Assembly (NCBI GenBank): GCA_029288615.1
Contig: JARIGV010000003.1
Location: forward strand, 1,068-65,067
Direction: 5' to 3'
DNA length: 64,000 nt
Origin: Candidatus Tayloriibacteriota bacterium
Lineage (GTDB): Bacteria > Patescibacteriota > Minisyncoccia > Phycocordibacterales > CAIRYW01
This document shows, one piece after another, positions 57,201 to 64,000 of this stretch. The notes under the pieces are model-generated. The model did not search any database, was not told the origin of the DNA, and saw only the letters and a program-made list of their open reading frames with translations. Position numbers and translations under genes: made by a program. Every line of letters starts with the position of its first letter. The first letter of the stretch is position 1.

Positions 57201-58106
57201 AATACCGACATTTCCAAATGGAGTAAGTCTCATGATTTCTCTCAAACCAAAATCTCCCCACTCTCCCTGATTTGTACTGAACGCTAGCCCTGCTCCGCCA
57301 GGAGCGTATGCTACAGATTGAATACTTGCAGCCGGGTCAGCAAAAAAGGGCACATTCGTATCACGGAAAGCAATATTTGAACCTTCGTTGTCAGATCCAA
57401 AATTACTTTGAAGTGTAAGCAGTGTATTCTGGCCGCTAGATGTTGTTGCAATATCTAGCATCGATAATGGATTCGTCGTACCGATGCCGACAAATCCATT
57501 ATTCACGATATTCATCACAGGATTTCCATTTGTCGCAAAGACAATTTGTCCTTCGCCATTGAGATCACTGTCTGCTGCAAAAGAAAGATCGTCAGGAGTT
57601 GTGATACCCGTTGTTGTCGATGCAGATGTACCCATGAAAGTACCGTCCGGAAAATAAAGACCGTTGCCAAGTCCAGAAATTTTTAGATTACCGTTTACAT
57701 CAAGTGTGGCAGTTGGATTTGTCGTGCCAATACCAACACTTCCATTTGTATATGTCAGCACTCCTTCACCTTGATCTGTCCACTGACTTCCAGAAAAAGG
57801 AGTTCCGTTTTGGTAGAGAGTTCCTGTGAAATTGATATCGCCGTTTACATCAAGATTGTAGTTTGGCGCATTATTTCCAATACCCACAAACCCGTCGTTG
57901 TAATAAATACTTCCCTCGTTGTTTGACCATTGTGAAGAAATTGGCAGTGTTACTGTACAGTTATCTTCCGTCGGCGCACATTCTGGGTTTAGAGTTTCAC
58001 CAGGATTATACGGACTATTATTCCATGCTGCGGAAGCCCGAAAAGGCGTAAAAAGTATAAAAAATAAAAGTGAGAATATGAGTACTAAATGCTCTTTTTT
58101 GGGCAT
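54264..58106 (-). CDS. Secreted fibre/adhesin-like protein: VGIGT repeats, PA14 domain, peptidase-S74 chaperone domain
   Basis: Signal peptide from ATG 58106; many VGIGT..P...LDV.G units; SADDGVRLWIDG (PA14); SDMRLKTNI, GLIAQDV...FPDLV, LDY (S74). Confidence 0.85.
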   Translation of the reverse strand: MPKKEHLVLIFSLLFFILFTPFRASAAWNNSPYNPGETLNPECAPTEDNCTVTLPISSQWSNNEGSIYYNDGFVGIGNNAPNYNLDVNGDINFTGTLYQNGTPFSGSQWTDQGEGVLTYTNGSVGIGTTNPTATLDVNGNLKISGLGNGLYFPDGTFMGTSASTTTGITTPDDLSFAADSDLNGEGQIVFATNGNPVMNIVNNGFVGIGTTNPLSMLDIATTSSGQNTLLTLQSNFGSDNEGSNIAFRDTNVPFFADPAASIQSVAYAPGGAGLAFSTNQGEWGDFGLREIMRLTPFGNVGIGTDHPFFNLDVNGDINFTGNLYKNGELYAGLGASSSPFIDDGTEVYYNGGNYVGIGTNNPTESLDVNGITQANAFYITPSTIGNLRGGFIGDGLNDESNRQTLNLGLNFAQFGDRDTSLGGSILRFDARDGKPVMSVVYDTPGHTGGGGDESFPFMVTTNGNVLVGNAWGGDNNTGTGNGEDLQVHGTGFFGTGVGIGTNAGSYALNVDGDVNFSGNLYQNGVAFTGGGSSPFTDDNSNVYYNGNENVGIGTNSPNAKLSLGSALGNKIALYDGAPGAAYGFGIQNYLLQMYTDTSSSDMQFGYGGDSSTFTPNVTFKGNGNVGIGTTTPLHKLDVYGTFGVTNTSFVGNVGGLYSFWYGGSNPEIGGMILSTQFGPVDVDDYAPQGVENNYAGNISGFIKADYSETYTIHLSADDGVRLWIDGNLVIDDWNDQATCTAHTATVNLVKNKWTAIKIEHYVGSDATGECLHLSWESNNQSLQIIPADHMALPSDGVVHPLTVSNGFVGVNNVAPGFNLDVSGDINFTGNIYHNGSLFSDGKAASTSPFTDDGTYVTYTGGENIGIGTATPAYALDVNGAIGNSNGNLTFNAGMPNSVTSVAAPARGSIKINTQPADGDTVTVSDGSRSTVFEFDSDNSVASGHYAVEIDPVTIIGTASNFNNAIIINHNLGNLSVHMDSGEDIPTRYFPLVNDNNGPSGNVFITKASSALSVSGMWGGADDATGSQLVLTTSGNLGVGVLSPTHKLDVGGDIFASGDICSQFSNGCMSSFSDMRLKTNITNLAVASDTTSTLDKLTALDAVTFNWNSTYLSMYPMMNGQTKNYGLIAQDVAKQFPDLVHLAPNGYYTLDYTHLTAVIIEAVKELYAKVNTLAEGIFDKIFAHEVDTSKLCVGDTCVTEKELQELLSKQNIAPSSFKDATSSTEESTSTPDIMSVSPDTLSTSTPEVVATSTPDSSQTPVQDDSQSEQVSNTPDNQATTE
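55500..57890 (-). repeat. Intragenic repeated module
   Basis: Four copies of LDV.GD(I/V)NF.G.(L/I)Y.NG...S(P/Q)(F/W).D....Y....VGIGT near 57830, 57150, 56560 and 55630. Confidence 0.75.
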
Positions 58107-58258
58107 GTATCGAGTGCGAGAAAGTTTTTTCAAAAAACACCGAAGACACTTCTTCGGCCGGTCATCATGGGTTTTCTTTCGCAAGCTCAACTATTATTTT
58201 AGCCCAAAAAACTCCTTAAAGCACGAGCTTTTTCCCCACTTTCCTTAACAAATACAAA

Positions 58259-58963
58259 CTATTTCTTTCCAGTAGCGATTTTTCGCAAAGTTTCTCGAAT
58301 TGCGATCTTCGGAAGCGATATTTTATTCGCTTCTACATAGTTCGCGATCTCTTTTTTAAAATTCTTTACACCCATGCGAAGCACCCACGAAACTGCTTTC
58401 GTAATAACGATTGGCTTCTCATGTTTAAGAGCTTCAACAATGCCAAGTGAAAAGTCGAGCACTCGCTTTTCTTTAGAGAAATTCAAAGGCTTCACCAGAT
58501 ACACCAATGCAGCACGACGCTTATTGATATTTTTATCTTTCGAGAGTTTTAAAATAAACCTCTCCCACTCTTTCCACCTCTCTATCATTTCTTCGCCTGT
58601 ATAAATTCCCGAGCAGAAAGAATCAATCTCTGCCCAGCCCACAAGTCCGTTTAGCCAGCGGTCTAAATCCGCAAACCGGACTTCCTTTCTCATATACGGA
58701 GAATATTCCAAAAGCATGCTCGCTAGTGTCTTTTCATCATATGAATGCCCGTCATAAAGCTCATCTACAAATGAAAGAAAATCTTTTTTTGAAATATCTC
58801 TGTTTTCCTTAAGCCAGCTCTTTGCGAGTACGCGGCGCTCCGGCACCGTAAACCCATAATAATAATGGGTACTCAAAAGATATCTTTCATTGTCGAAAAA
58901 AGTCTCCTTTGGCTTTCTGCTTTTAAAATGACTTATTATTTTTTTATGATGCGCTGACGACAT
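58259..58963 (-). CDS. DNA alkylation repair protein (AlkD-like)
   Basis: YG.TVPE.R.LAK, W...D, KAVSW.LR, RE..RK. Confidence 0.85.
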   Translation of the reverse strand: MSSAHHKKIISHFKSRKPKETFFDNERYLLSTHYYYGFTVPERRVLAKSWLKENRDISKKDFLSFVDELYDGHSYDEKTLASMLLEYSPYMRKEVRFADLDRWLNGLVGWAEIDSFCSGIYTGEEMIERWKEWERFILKLSKDKNINKRRAALVYLVKPLNFSKEKRVLDFSLGIVEALKHEKPIVITKAVSWVLRMGVKNFKKEIANYVEANKISLPKIAIRETLRKIATGKK

Positions 58964-59387
58964 TTTCTATATAAAACTTTTCATTTCTTCGAAGCTCCGC
59001 TCGGCATTTTTTCCAGTCAGGAACAGTCCGCGCTACCAAATCCCAAAACTTTTCAGAGTGATTGAACTCTCCCAAATGACAAAGCTCATGGACGATGATG
59101 TAGTCGGAAAGTTTTAGAGGTAGCAGTGCGATCTTATAATTGAAATTTATATTCCCCTTTGCAGAACAGCTTCCCCAGCGCGACACTTGAGCTTTGATGA
59201 AGATCCGATTCCATTTAAATCCATAAAATTGGTTGAAATATTCAAGACGTCTGAGAGCAAGCTCTCGCGCGGCCTCTCTGTATTTTGCGAGCTCTTCTTT
59301 TGTCTTTTTGCTCTGCTTTCTTGGCTTCCTTGCACGCCTCCGCCGCACAATTCGTACCCTTTTTCTTCGAATGATCCACTTAAACAT
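58944..59387 (-). CDS. YgjP/DUF45-like zinc metalloprotease, short form
   Basis: RWGSCS, YIIVHELCH, NHS..FW. Confidence 0.88.
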   Translation of the reverse strand: MFKWIIRRKRVRIVRRRRARKPRKQSKKTKEELAKYREAARELALRRLEYFNQFYGFKWNRIFIKAQVSRWGSCSAKGNINFNYKIALLPLKLSDYIIVHELCHLGEFNHSEKFWDLVARTVPDWKKCRAELRRNEKFYIENVVSAS

Positions 59388-59404
59388 GCGAGTATCATAC
59401 ACGA

Positions 59405-59432
59405 TTGACCAACGCTTAAAAAACTGTAATCT
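59405..59432 (+). promoter_or_regulatory. Sigma70 promoter for the 59453 orphan gene
   Basis: TTGACC-N16-TAATCT, bracketed by the CGATTGAC/GTCAATCG inverted repeat. Confidence 0.55.
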
Positions 59433-59452
59433 CGAGAGTAGTCAATCGATCT

Positions 59453-59911
59453 ATGAATAAATTCCCGTTTCTTCCTACAGCACAGCCTGGAACACTTCCA
59501 ATCTACTCCACCACAAAACCCTCAAAGACCTTCACTGACGTGCTCTTCCGGGCTTCCGGACGATCCTCATCATGCATATGCGACCTCTGCGGGCGAATGC
59601 ATTTTGACACTGAGGGTGAAGGCATGGAGGATGAAGAGTATGCAGGCTGGCTTACCAATCAAAAAAGCGAACCCGAGCGGTATATCGGGACTGACGGCGG
59701 ACCCTCGCATGTCATCTTCGCTGGAGTTACAGTCATCTACGACTGCCCCTGCAATGTACTTCGCCCTTTTGAAGAGTTGTTCCTCAACCATCCTGGACTG
59801 ATCTGCGGATTGATCTTCGAGACCTCGAAGGAACGCCTGCGAGTCGCAAGCCGTGACAATCAAAATGCAGCGACGGCATTCGAGGCACTCAAACTTCTCC
59901 AGACAGTATAA
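59453..59911 (+). CDS. Orphan Cys-rich protein (possible Zn binder), inverted relative to its neighbours
   Basis: CICDLCGRMH and DCPC; GC-richer than the flanks. Confidence 0.6.
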   Translation: MNKFPFLPTAQPGTLPIYSTTKPSKTFTDVLFRASGRSSSCICDLCGRMHFDTEGEGMEDEEYAGWLTNQKSEPERYIGTDGGPSHVIFAGVTVIYDCPCNVLRPFEELFLNHPGLICGLIFETSKERLRVASRDNQNAATAFEALKLLQTV

Positions 59912-59938
59912 TCGCGTCATCGACGCGAATTTTTATTT
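59909..59938 (+). terminator. Short hairpin with AT tail (recurrent type)
   Basis: TAA-TCGCGTC-ATC-GACGCGA-ATTTTTATTT. Confidence 0.72.
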
Positions 59939-59944
59939 AATGAA

Positions 59945-59973
59945 TATAAAAAATGACGCCCTTGGCGTCATTT
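59945..59973 (-). terminator. Terminator after the 19-aa peptide gene
   Basis: Minus strand: AAATGACGCC-AAG-GGCGTCATTT-TTTATA. Confidence 0.75.
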
Positions 59974-59979
59974 AGAAAA

Positions 59980-60039
59980 CTATTTCTTGTTCTTCTTTGG
60001 TTTCTTCTTTTCTTTTTTGTGTCCGTCTCCTTTTGCCAT
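59980..60039 (-). CDS. 19-aa Lys-rich peptide (not in the ORF track)
   Basis: MAKGDGHKKEKKKPKKNKK*, with an A-rich upstream region and its own terminator. Confidence 0.6.
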   Translation of the reverse strand: MAKGDGHKKEKKKPKKNKK

Positions 60040-60079
60040 AATTATTTTTTATTGCTCTTAAACTAACATAGTTATTTTA

Positions 60080-60178
60080 TCATCTTTCTAAGAGTTCTAC
60101 TTCATATCCATCAGGGTCCGTAATGAAAGCCATCTTACGCTCTCCTTTTTGGAATTTTTCTCGTCAGTCGTCAGGCAA
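60080..60178 (-). pseudogene. C-terminal remnant of a glyoxalase I/VOC gene
   Basis: LPDD*REKFQKGERKMAFITDPDGYEVELLER*; no N-terminal half upstream. Confidence 0.7.
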
Positions 60179-60318
60179 CTGAGCAAAAAAAAGGGGGGTA
60201 AAGAAACACTGAAGCAGAGCACTGCGTAGTGCCAGATTACCTTATCATATCCTCCAACCTTAATTCTTGTGTGTAAAATTAGGCATTTTTATTTAAATAT
60301 TTGTTCTGGTTTGTTAAT

Positions 60319-63027
60319 TTATTCATTTAATTTTAGGAGCAATAACGCAATATCTTTCTTTGTATTTCTTTTTTCTAAGCCATTCAATATTTTATTTTCT
60401 GTTTCCGGAGTCCAATATATTTTTAGCTTCTCTTTTGCTCTCGTGATAGCTGTATAAAAAATATTATGTGTAACCATCTCCTCTATCTCATTAGTTATGA
60501 CAATTTTAACTGAATTGAATTCCAATCCTTGTGCCTTATGAATAGAGACAGCGTAAGAAACCTGGAATGGAACTATCGCTTTTGAAGATGATTCATCATC
60601 ATCTTCATCTGTACTAACATACATATTTACAGAAAAACGAATAATAGATTTACTTCCATCAGAAGTGTTACCAATTAACTGGAAGTCGTAGCCTTCGACA
60701 TCAAACTCATTTACTACCTTATCGATCTCAATGTCAAATTCAATTTTATTTGAGGTTTTTTTGATACCGACGATCTTACCCTTAAGGTTGTTATAAATAA
60801 GCGGTGAGTATCTGTTCATCTCATTGAACAGAACAGGATCTCCTATTTTGTAAGTATGCACGCCCCAATATATAGGGCTATTTTTATTATTACTCTGAAG
60901 GAATCTGTTGATGTTATTGATCCCATATAGACCGTCATAATTCAGACAGAGCACAATCTCGTCATCTTCAGCACTCACAAAGAAAGATTTGTCCAGCTTT
61001 ATGGAGTACTTATTCTTTGTAATATGTTCAAGAATATCATTTTCTATGTTTCTTACTTTATTCCAGAGAGTAATGAGCTTCTCGTTGGTACTTCGATATG
61101 GCTTAGTCAACTCAAATCTTGAGGTCTGAGGAACGAAAGATTGGGCTATGTTAAACCAATTTCCAAAGTTTATAGACTCAATCTGAAACACATCACCAAC
61201 CAGGACAAGAAGCTTGGAGTCTGCCTTTTCAAGTACCAATCGCATATCTGAATTACTGACGGTGCTACACTCATCAATGATCAATATATCGTAATCTGTA
61301 TCAGTATTTTTCAGTGAAATAAATTTACTGATTGTCTTATATGTGCAGTTAGCAGCTTGCACTTTTCTCCTAAGGTTGTCTACTGCGGGATTAGTATTTG
61401 CGAGATAAAGCTTCGTCTTATCATTAAAAAAGTTCGAGATGTGATTTATCATCGTCGACTTTCCCGTCCCTGCAGCACCGTACACCAATGCAACTTTTGA
61501 TTTTTCAAAAAGTTTTTTTAACGCATCCTTTTTCTCTTCGCAGTCAACGATGTGTGTGGATGTTTGAAGCCAAGAATCTATAGAATTTGAATAGTTTCTA
61601 ATACCTGAAGCAGAAAGATCGGTCAATTTTCTAATGATATATAACGCAGCTTCTTCATAACCTTTTATATATACATGGTCCTTAAACTTTTCCAACTTTC
61701 GATATTCATGTTTGAAATACAATAAAGAATTGTATTTCTCAATTAACATGTCGACATTTTTAAATCCTTTAGTTTCACTTATTGGAGTATAAAGCTGACC
61801 ATCAATCTCATTTTTATTCGTTATGAACTTTGCCAACATTTCATGTTCTCGTCCTGTCGCATCGATACAATCGAATAAGTCATGTATTCTTGGCTTATGA
61901 TTAAGCGGCGATGAATTAAAAGGCATTTCATCAAACGGGATACAGCCGTATTCCAGTTTTAAATTTGAAAGTTTGTCGCACTCATCAATACTGTACTGCT
62001 GTTTAATAATCTTATTATTAAGCCTATATAGGAGATATCTGGTTATATTTGTCCCTGGCTTCTTGGCTTTTATAAAAGCACGGACTTTATCCAATACGTC
62101 AAAGATATATTTAGTCTTTGCAGTACTAACTATCTTAGCCCTAACACTTTCGTAGTAATCATCTGACAAATCAATAAACTCTATAAGATTAAGTCCAGTC
62201 TTGGTCAAAAATCTCATCAGTTCCTTATACTCATTTGCATTTTGGATCTTAGGATCTTTTCCAAATATTTTTGCAAAATTATTCAACTCGCAAGGGCGAA
62301 TAGATACTTCCCAATCATTGATGATTTGAATGGGCATATTCTTGTCTATGATCTTAATATTGTCAGTAGTTAAGGACAGTTTAACTGCATAATTATCCGA
62401 AATATCTAACCTAGTGAAAGCGATCACTCTATCAAACTTACTTGTATTGTCGTTTGCGCGTGTAAAAGTAACTTCGTAGTAAACTTCGTAATTAACAAAA
62501 AAGGGCTTTATCTTCTGAATGTAAAATCTATCACTGTGAACACCTTTAGGGTCGACGGGTTTTAGTTGAATTATCTTTTCAGCGATCTTTTCGTGATACT
62601 CTTTGAGGACCGAGTCAGTATTCATTGGGAAAACATCTATATTCTTGAGCACTTCCAAGTCGTAAGTATTTTTTAGATACGACTTTATCTTCAACATATA
62701 CTCATAATACTTAAGCATCAATCTTTCTGAGTTTTCTTCGTCAGGGGTATAGTGAGAAATCGTCTTTTGAAGAAGCTTGTGAAAATTACTCAAAAATCGG
62801 AGTTCACCTCTAGTTTTAACGTAGGTTTCAGCTTTTTTTATATTCTCATATGAGTTGTCAAAATCTTGACCATTACTAAATGCTTTTAATGAGATGTGAT
62901 CAACAAAATTTCTAAGTTGTGACAAAATATTCTGCGACAATAACCCTCTCTCTGAAGTATCAAATCTGTCGATGTTGGCAGATATAGACTTGTCTATAGT
63001 TAAAATTTCTGTGTCAATCTTATTCAT
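60319..63027 (-). CDS. RecD-like SF1B helicase with a long uncharacterised N-terminal region
   Basis: GAAGTGKST, IIDECS, LVGD..Q, SIHKAQGLEF, YTAITRAK in the C-terminal ~400 aa; AT-rich. Confidence 0.85.
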   Translation of the reverse strand: MNKIDTEILTIDKSISANIDRFDTSERGLLSQNILSQLRNFVDHISLKAFSNGQDFDNSYENIKKAETYVKTRGELRFLSNFHKLLQKTISHYTPDEENSERLMLKYYEYMLKIKSYLKNTYDLEVLKNIDVFPMNTDSVLKEYHEKIAEKIIQLKPVDPKGVHSDRFYIQKIKPFFVNYEVYYEVTFTRANDNTSKFDRVIAFTRLDISDNYAVKLSLTTDNIKIIDKNMPIQIINDWEVSIRPCELNNFAKIFGKDPKIQNANEYKELMRFLTKTGLNLIEFIDLSDDYYESVRAKIVSTAKTKYIFDVLDKVRAFIKAKKPGTNITRYLLYRLNNKIIKQQYSIDECDKLSNLKLEYGCIPFDEMPFNSSPLNHKPRIHDLFDCIDATGREHEMLAKFITNKNEIDGQLYTPISETKGFKNVDMLIEKYNSLLYFKHEYRKLEKFKDHVYIKGYEEAALYIIRKLTDLSASGIRNYSNSIDSWLQTSTHIVDCEEKKDALKKLFEKSKVALVYGAAGTGKSTMINHISNFFNDKTKLYLANTNPAVDNLRRKVQAANCTYKTISKFISLKNTDTDYDILIIDECSTVSNSDMRLVLEKADSKLLVLVGDVFQIESINFGNWFNIAQSFVPQTSRFELTKPYRSTNEKLITLWNKVRNIENDILEHITKNKYSIKLDKSFFVSAEDDEIVLCLNYDGLYGINNINRFLQSNNKNSPIYWGVHTYKIGDPVLFNEMNRYSPLIYNNLKGKIVGIKKTSNKIEFDIEIDKVVNEFDVEGYDFQLIGNTSDGSKSIIRFSVNMYVSTDEDDDESSSKAIVPFQVSYAVSIHKAQGLEFNSVKIVITNEIEEMVTHNIFYTAITRAKEKLKIYWTPETENKILNGLEKRNTKKDIALLLLKLNE

Positions 63028-63110
63028 GATTTGGAATTATGTTTGTACACTACCATACAAAGTTGAAGAAAAAATGAAGAAAAGATAAAGTAGGACTTGG
63101 CAAGATCCTT

Positions 63111-63314
63111 ATGTTTAAAGCTCCCAACAAGGCCACTGTAGAGCCTGAATCTACATCTCAAACAAAGCCTTCAACTTTTTTTGAAGACCTGGAGAAACGA
63201 CTCCGGAGCCCGGAATATATCGCTTCTGTCGAGGAGATTCGGCGGCGGCAATGGGAAGATTTCGCTCGAGGTGAGCGGGAGTTTGAGGAATGGTGTGGCA
63301 AACCAGATCGCTAA
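63111..63314 (+). CDS. Small orphan protein
   Basis: 67 aa; TTGAAG-N17-TAAAGT at 63063-63091; hairpin fused to the stop. Confidence 0.55.
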   Translation: MFKAPNKATVEPESTSQTKPSTFFEDLEKRLRSPEYIASVEEIRRRQWEDFARGEREFEEWCGKPDR

Positions 63315-63338
63315 GGCACTTTGTGCCTATTTTTTATA
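63312..63338 (+). terminator. Short hairpin with AT tail (recurrent type)
   Basis: TA-AGGCAC-TTT-GTGCCT-ATTTTTTATA. Confidence 0.65.
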
Positions 63339-63376
63339 AATGTACTTGGGAGTTGATAAAAAAACCGAAAGGTGTA

Positions 63377-63658
63377 ATGTGTACCGAAAAGCTCTCTATG
63401 GACCAAAAACCGACCGCAACCGCGGAAAAGCCTCAAGCTGAAAAACCTCACGTTACCGTCCTCTCACCGGTGTTGGAGAAATTCCAAAGCGGTAAAGAGT
63501 TGTCACAGCTCCTACCTGCAACTTACGAGCTCCGAGCTGGTGATATCATTCCGGCCTGGTGGCACGGTGAGGAGCGCGGCACTGCGGAAATCATCAACGT
63601 CGAGCCGGCTGAGAAAAATAAATCGATGGCTCGAGTGACATACAAAAAGGCATCCTGA
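63377..63658 (+). CDS. Small orphan protein
   Basis: ATG 63377 after GAAAGGTG; hairpin fused to the stop. Confidence 0.55.
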   Translation: MCTEKLSMDQKPTATAEKPQAEKPHVTVLSPVLEKFQSGKELSQLLPATYELRAGDIIPAWWHGEERGTAEIINVEPAEKNKSMARVTYKKAS

Positions 63659-63689
63659 CCGCACACAAAGCGGTCAATTTTTATTTATA
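63656..63689 (+). terminator. Short hairpin with AT tail (recurrent type)
   Basis: TGACCGC-ACACAAA-GCGGTCA-ATTTTTATTTATA; stem identical to the one at 50824. Confidence 0.75.
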
Positions 63690-63718
63690 GTTTATTTCCA
63701 GACTATTACAGTTTAGAT

Positions 63719-64000
63719 CTAGTTTTTGATCTCTTCCAAAAGATCATCGAGGTCTTTGTATCGCGGAAGGACCTGCTGGTTATGCATCATCCAGAAGAAG
63801 TTTGGATTGAATGCTTTGATGAATTCGTAGTCGTGAGTGACAAGAAGTATTGAGCTCTTTGAGTTCACGCATGCAGCAAGAAGGATTTCCCAAGTGACTT
63901 CGTCGATATGATTTGTGGGCTCGTCGAGAATGATGAAATCGGGCTTTAGTCCAAAGACGATAGCAAAACGAAGACGCATTCTCTCCCCTCCTGAAAGATT
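63719..64000 (-). CDS. ABC-F family ATPase, C-terminal part (gene starts beyond the window)
   Basis: LSGGERMR, LDEPTNHID, VTHD. Confidence 0.85.
   Translation of the reverse strand, partial: NLSGGERMRLRFAIVFGLKPDFIILDEPTNHIDEVTWEILLAACVNSKSSILLVTHDYEFIKAFNPNFFWMMHNQQVLPRYKDLDDLLEEIKN

Noticed and set aside
55500..57890. Diversity-generating retroelement acting on the fibre gene
   Set aside because: No reverse transcriptase in the window, and the repeat copies differ at all base types rather than only at adenines.
30154..58106. Prophage suggested by the holin-family gene and tail-fibre-like gene
   Set aside because: The genes are about 24 kb apart among cellular genes, there are no structural or packaging genes, and the fibre has a signal peptide.
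60164..60166. TGA recoding (code 4 or 25) suggested by the in-frame TGA in the glyoxalase remnant
   Set aside because: Long conserved genes are open in the standard code and TGA ends genes at 50826 and 63658; a nonsense mutation is simpler.
1031..63689. Recurrent hairpins as integron attC sites
   Set aside because: Too short, no RYYYAAC/GTTRRRY ends, the genes mostly have their own promoters, and there is no intI in the window.
1..64000. CRISPR array, rRNA, tRNA, IS or integrase
   Set aside because: No regularly spaced direct repeats, cloverleaf-like or rRNA-like stretches, and no recombinase or transposase motifs were seen by eye.

Overview
A gene-dense, AT-rich bacterial chromosome segment in the standard genetic code, with no rRNA, tRNA, CRISPR array, integrase or transposase that I could recognise. 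Gene content (archaeal-type Cmk and PGI/PMI, ECF sigma with DUF5667-type anti-sigma, Gmad2, DUF5666, AWGENxGW-repeat and VGIGT-repeat/S74 surface proteins) points to Patescibacteria/CPR, probably Parcubacteria; this is an inference. Recognisable blocks: rnj (partial), a zwf-gnd-pgi/pmi cluster with no pgl, a MarR efflux operon, a DedA-GT4-GT2-sphingomyelin-synthase-like lipid operon, ccdA-redoxin-msrA-msrB, an ECF sigma/anti-sigma pair, a GH8/cellulose-synthase-like/GT-C operon divergent from gtrA-GT2, a large fibre adhesin and an AT-rich 902-aa RecD-like helicase. Main observations: (1) five intergenic copies of an ECF-type promoter, YGT(A/C)A(T/C/G)-N16-CGTC, link the sigma gene to both arms of a PilZ-less cellulose-like glycan locus and to small stress and surface proteins, suggesting an envelope or dormancy regulon; (2) about ten solo, mostly orphan, GC-richer genes share one architecture (usually their own sigma70 promoter, stop codon fused to a 5-7 bp hairpin, ATTTTTATTT-like tail); (3) a circularly permuted CcdA; (4) small ORFs and a glyoxalase remnant missed by the ORF track; (5) a structured leader upstream of a Bax-inhibitor gene. 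All family assignments come from reading motifs by eye, not from database searches.
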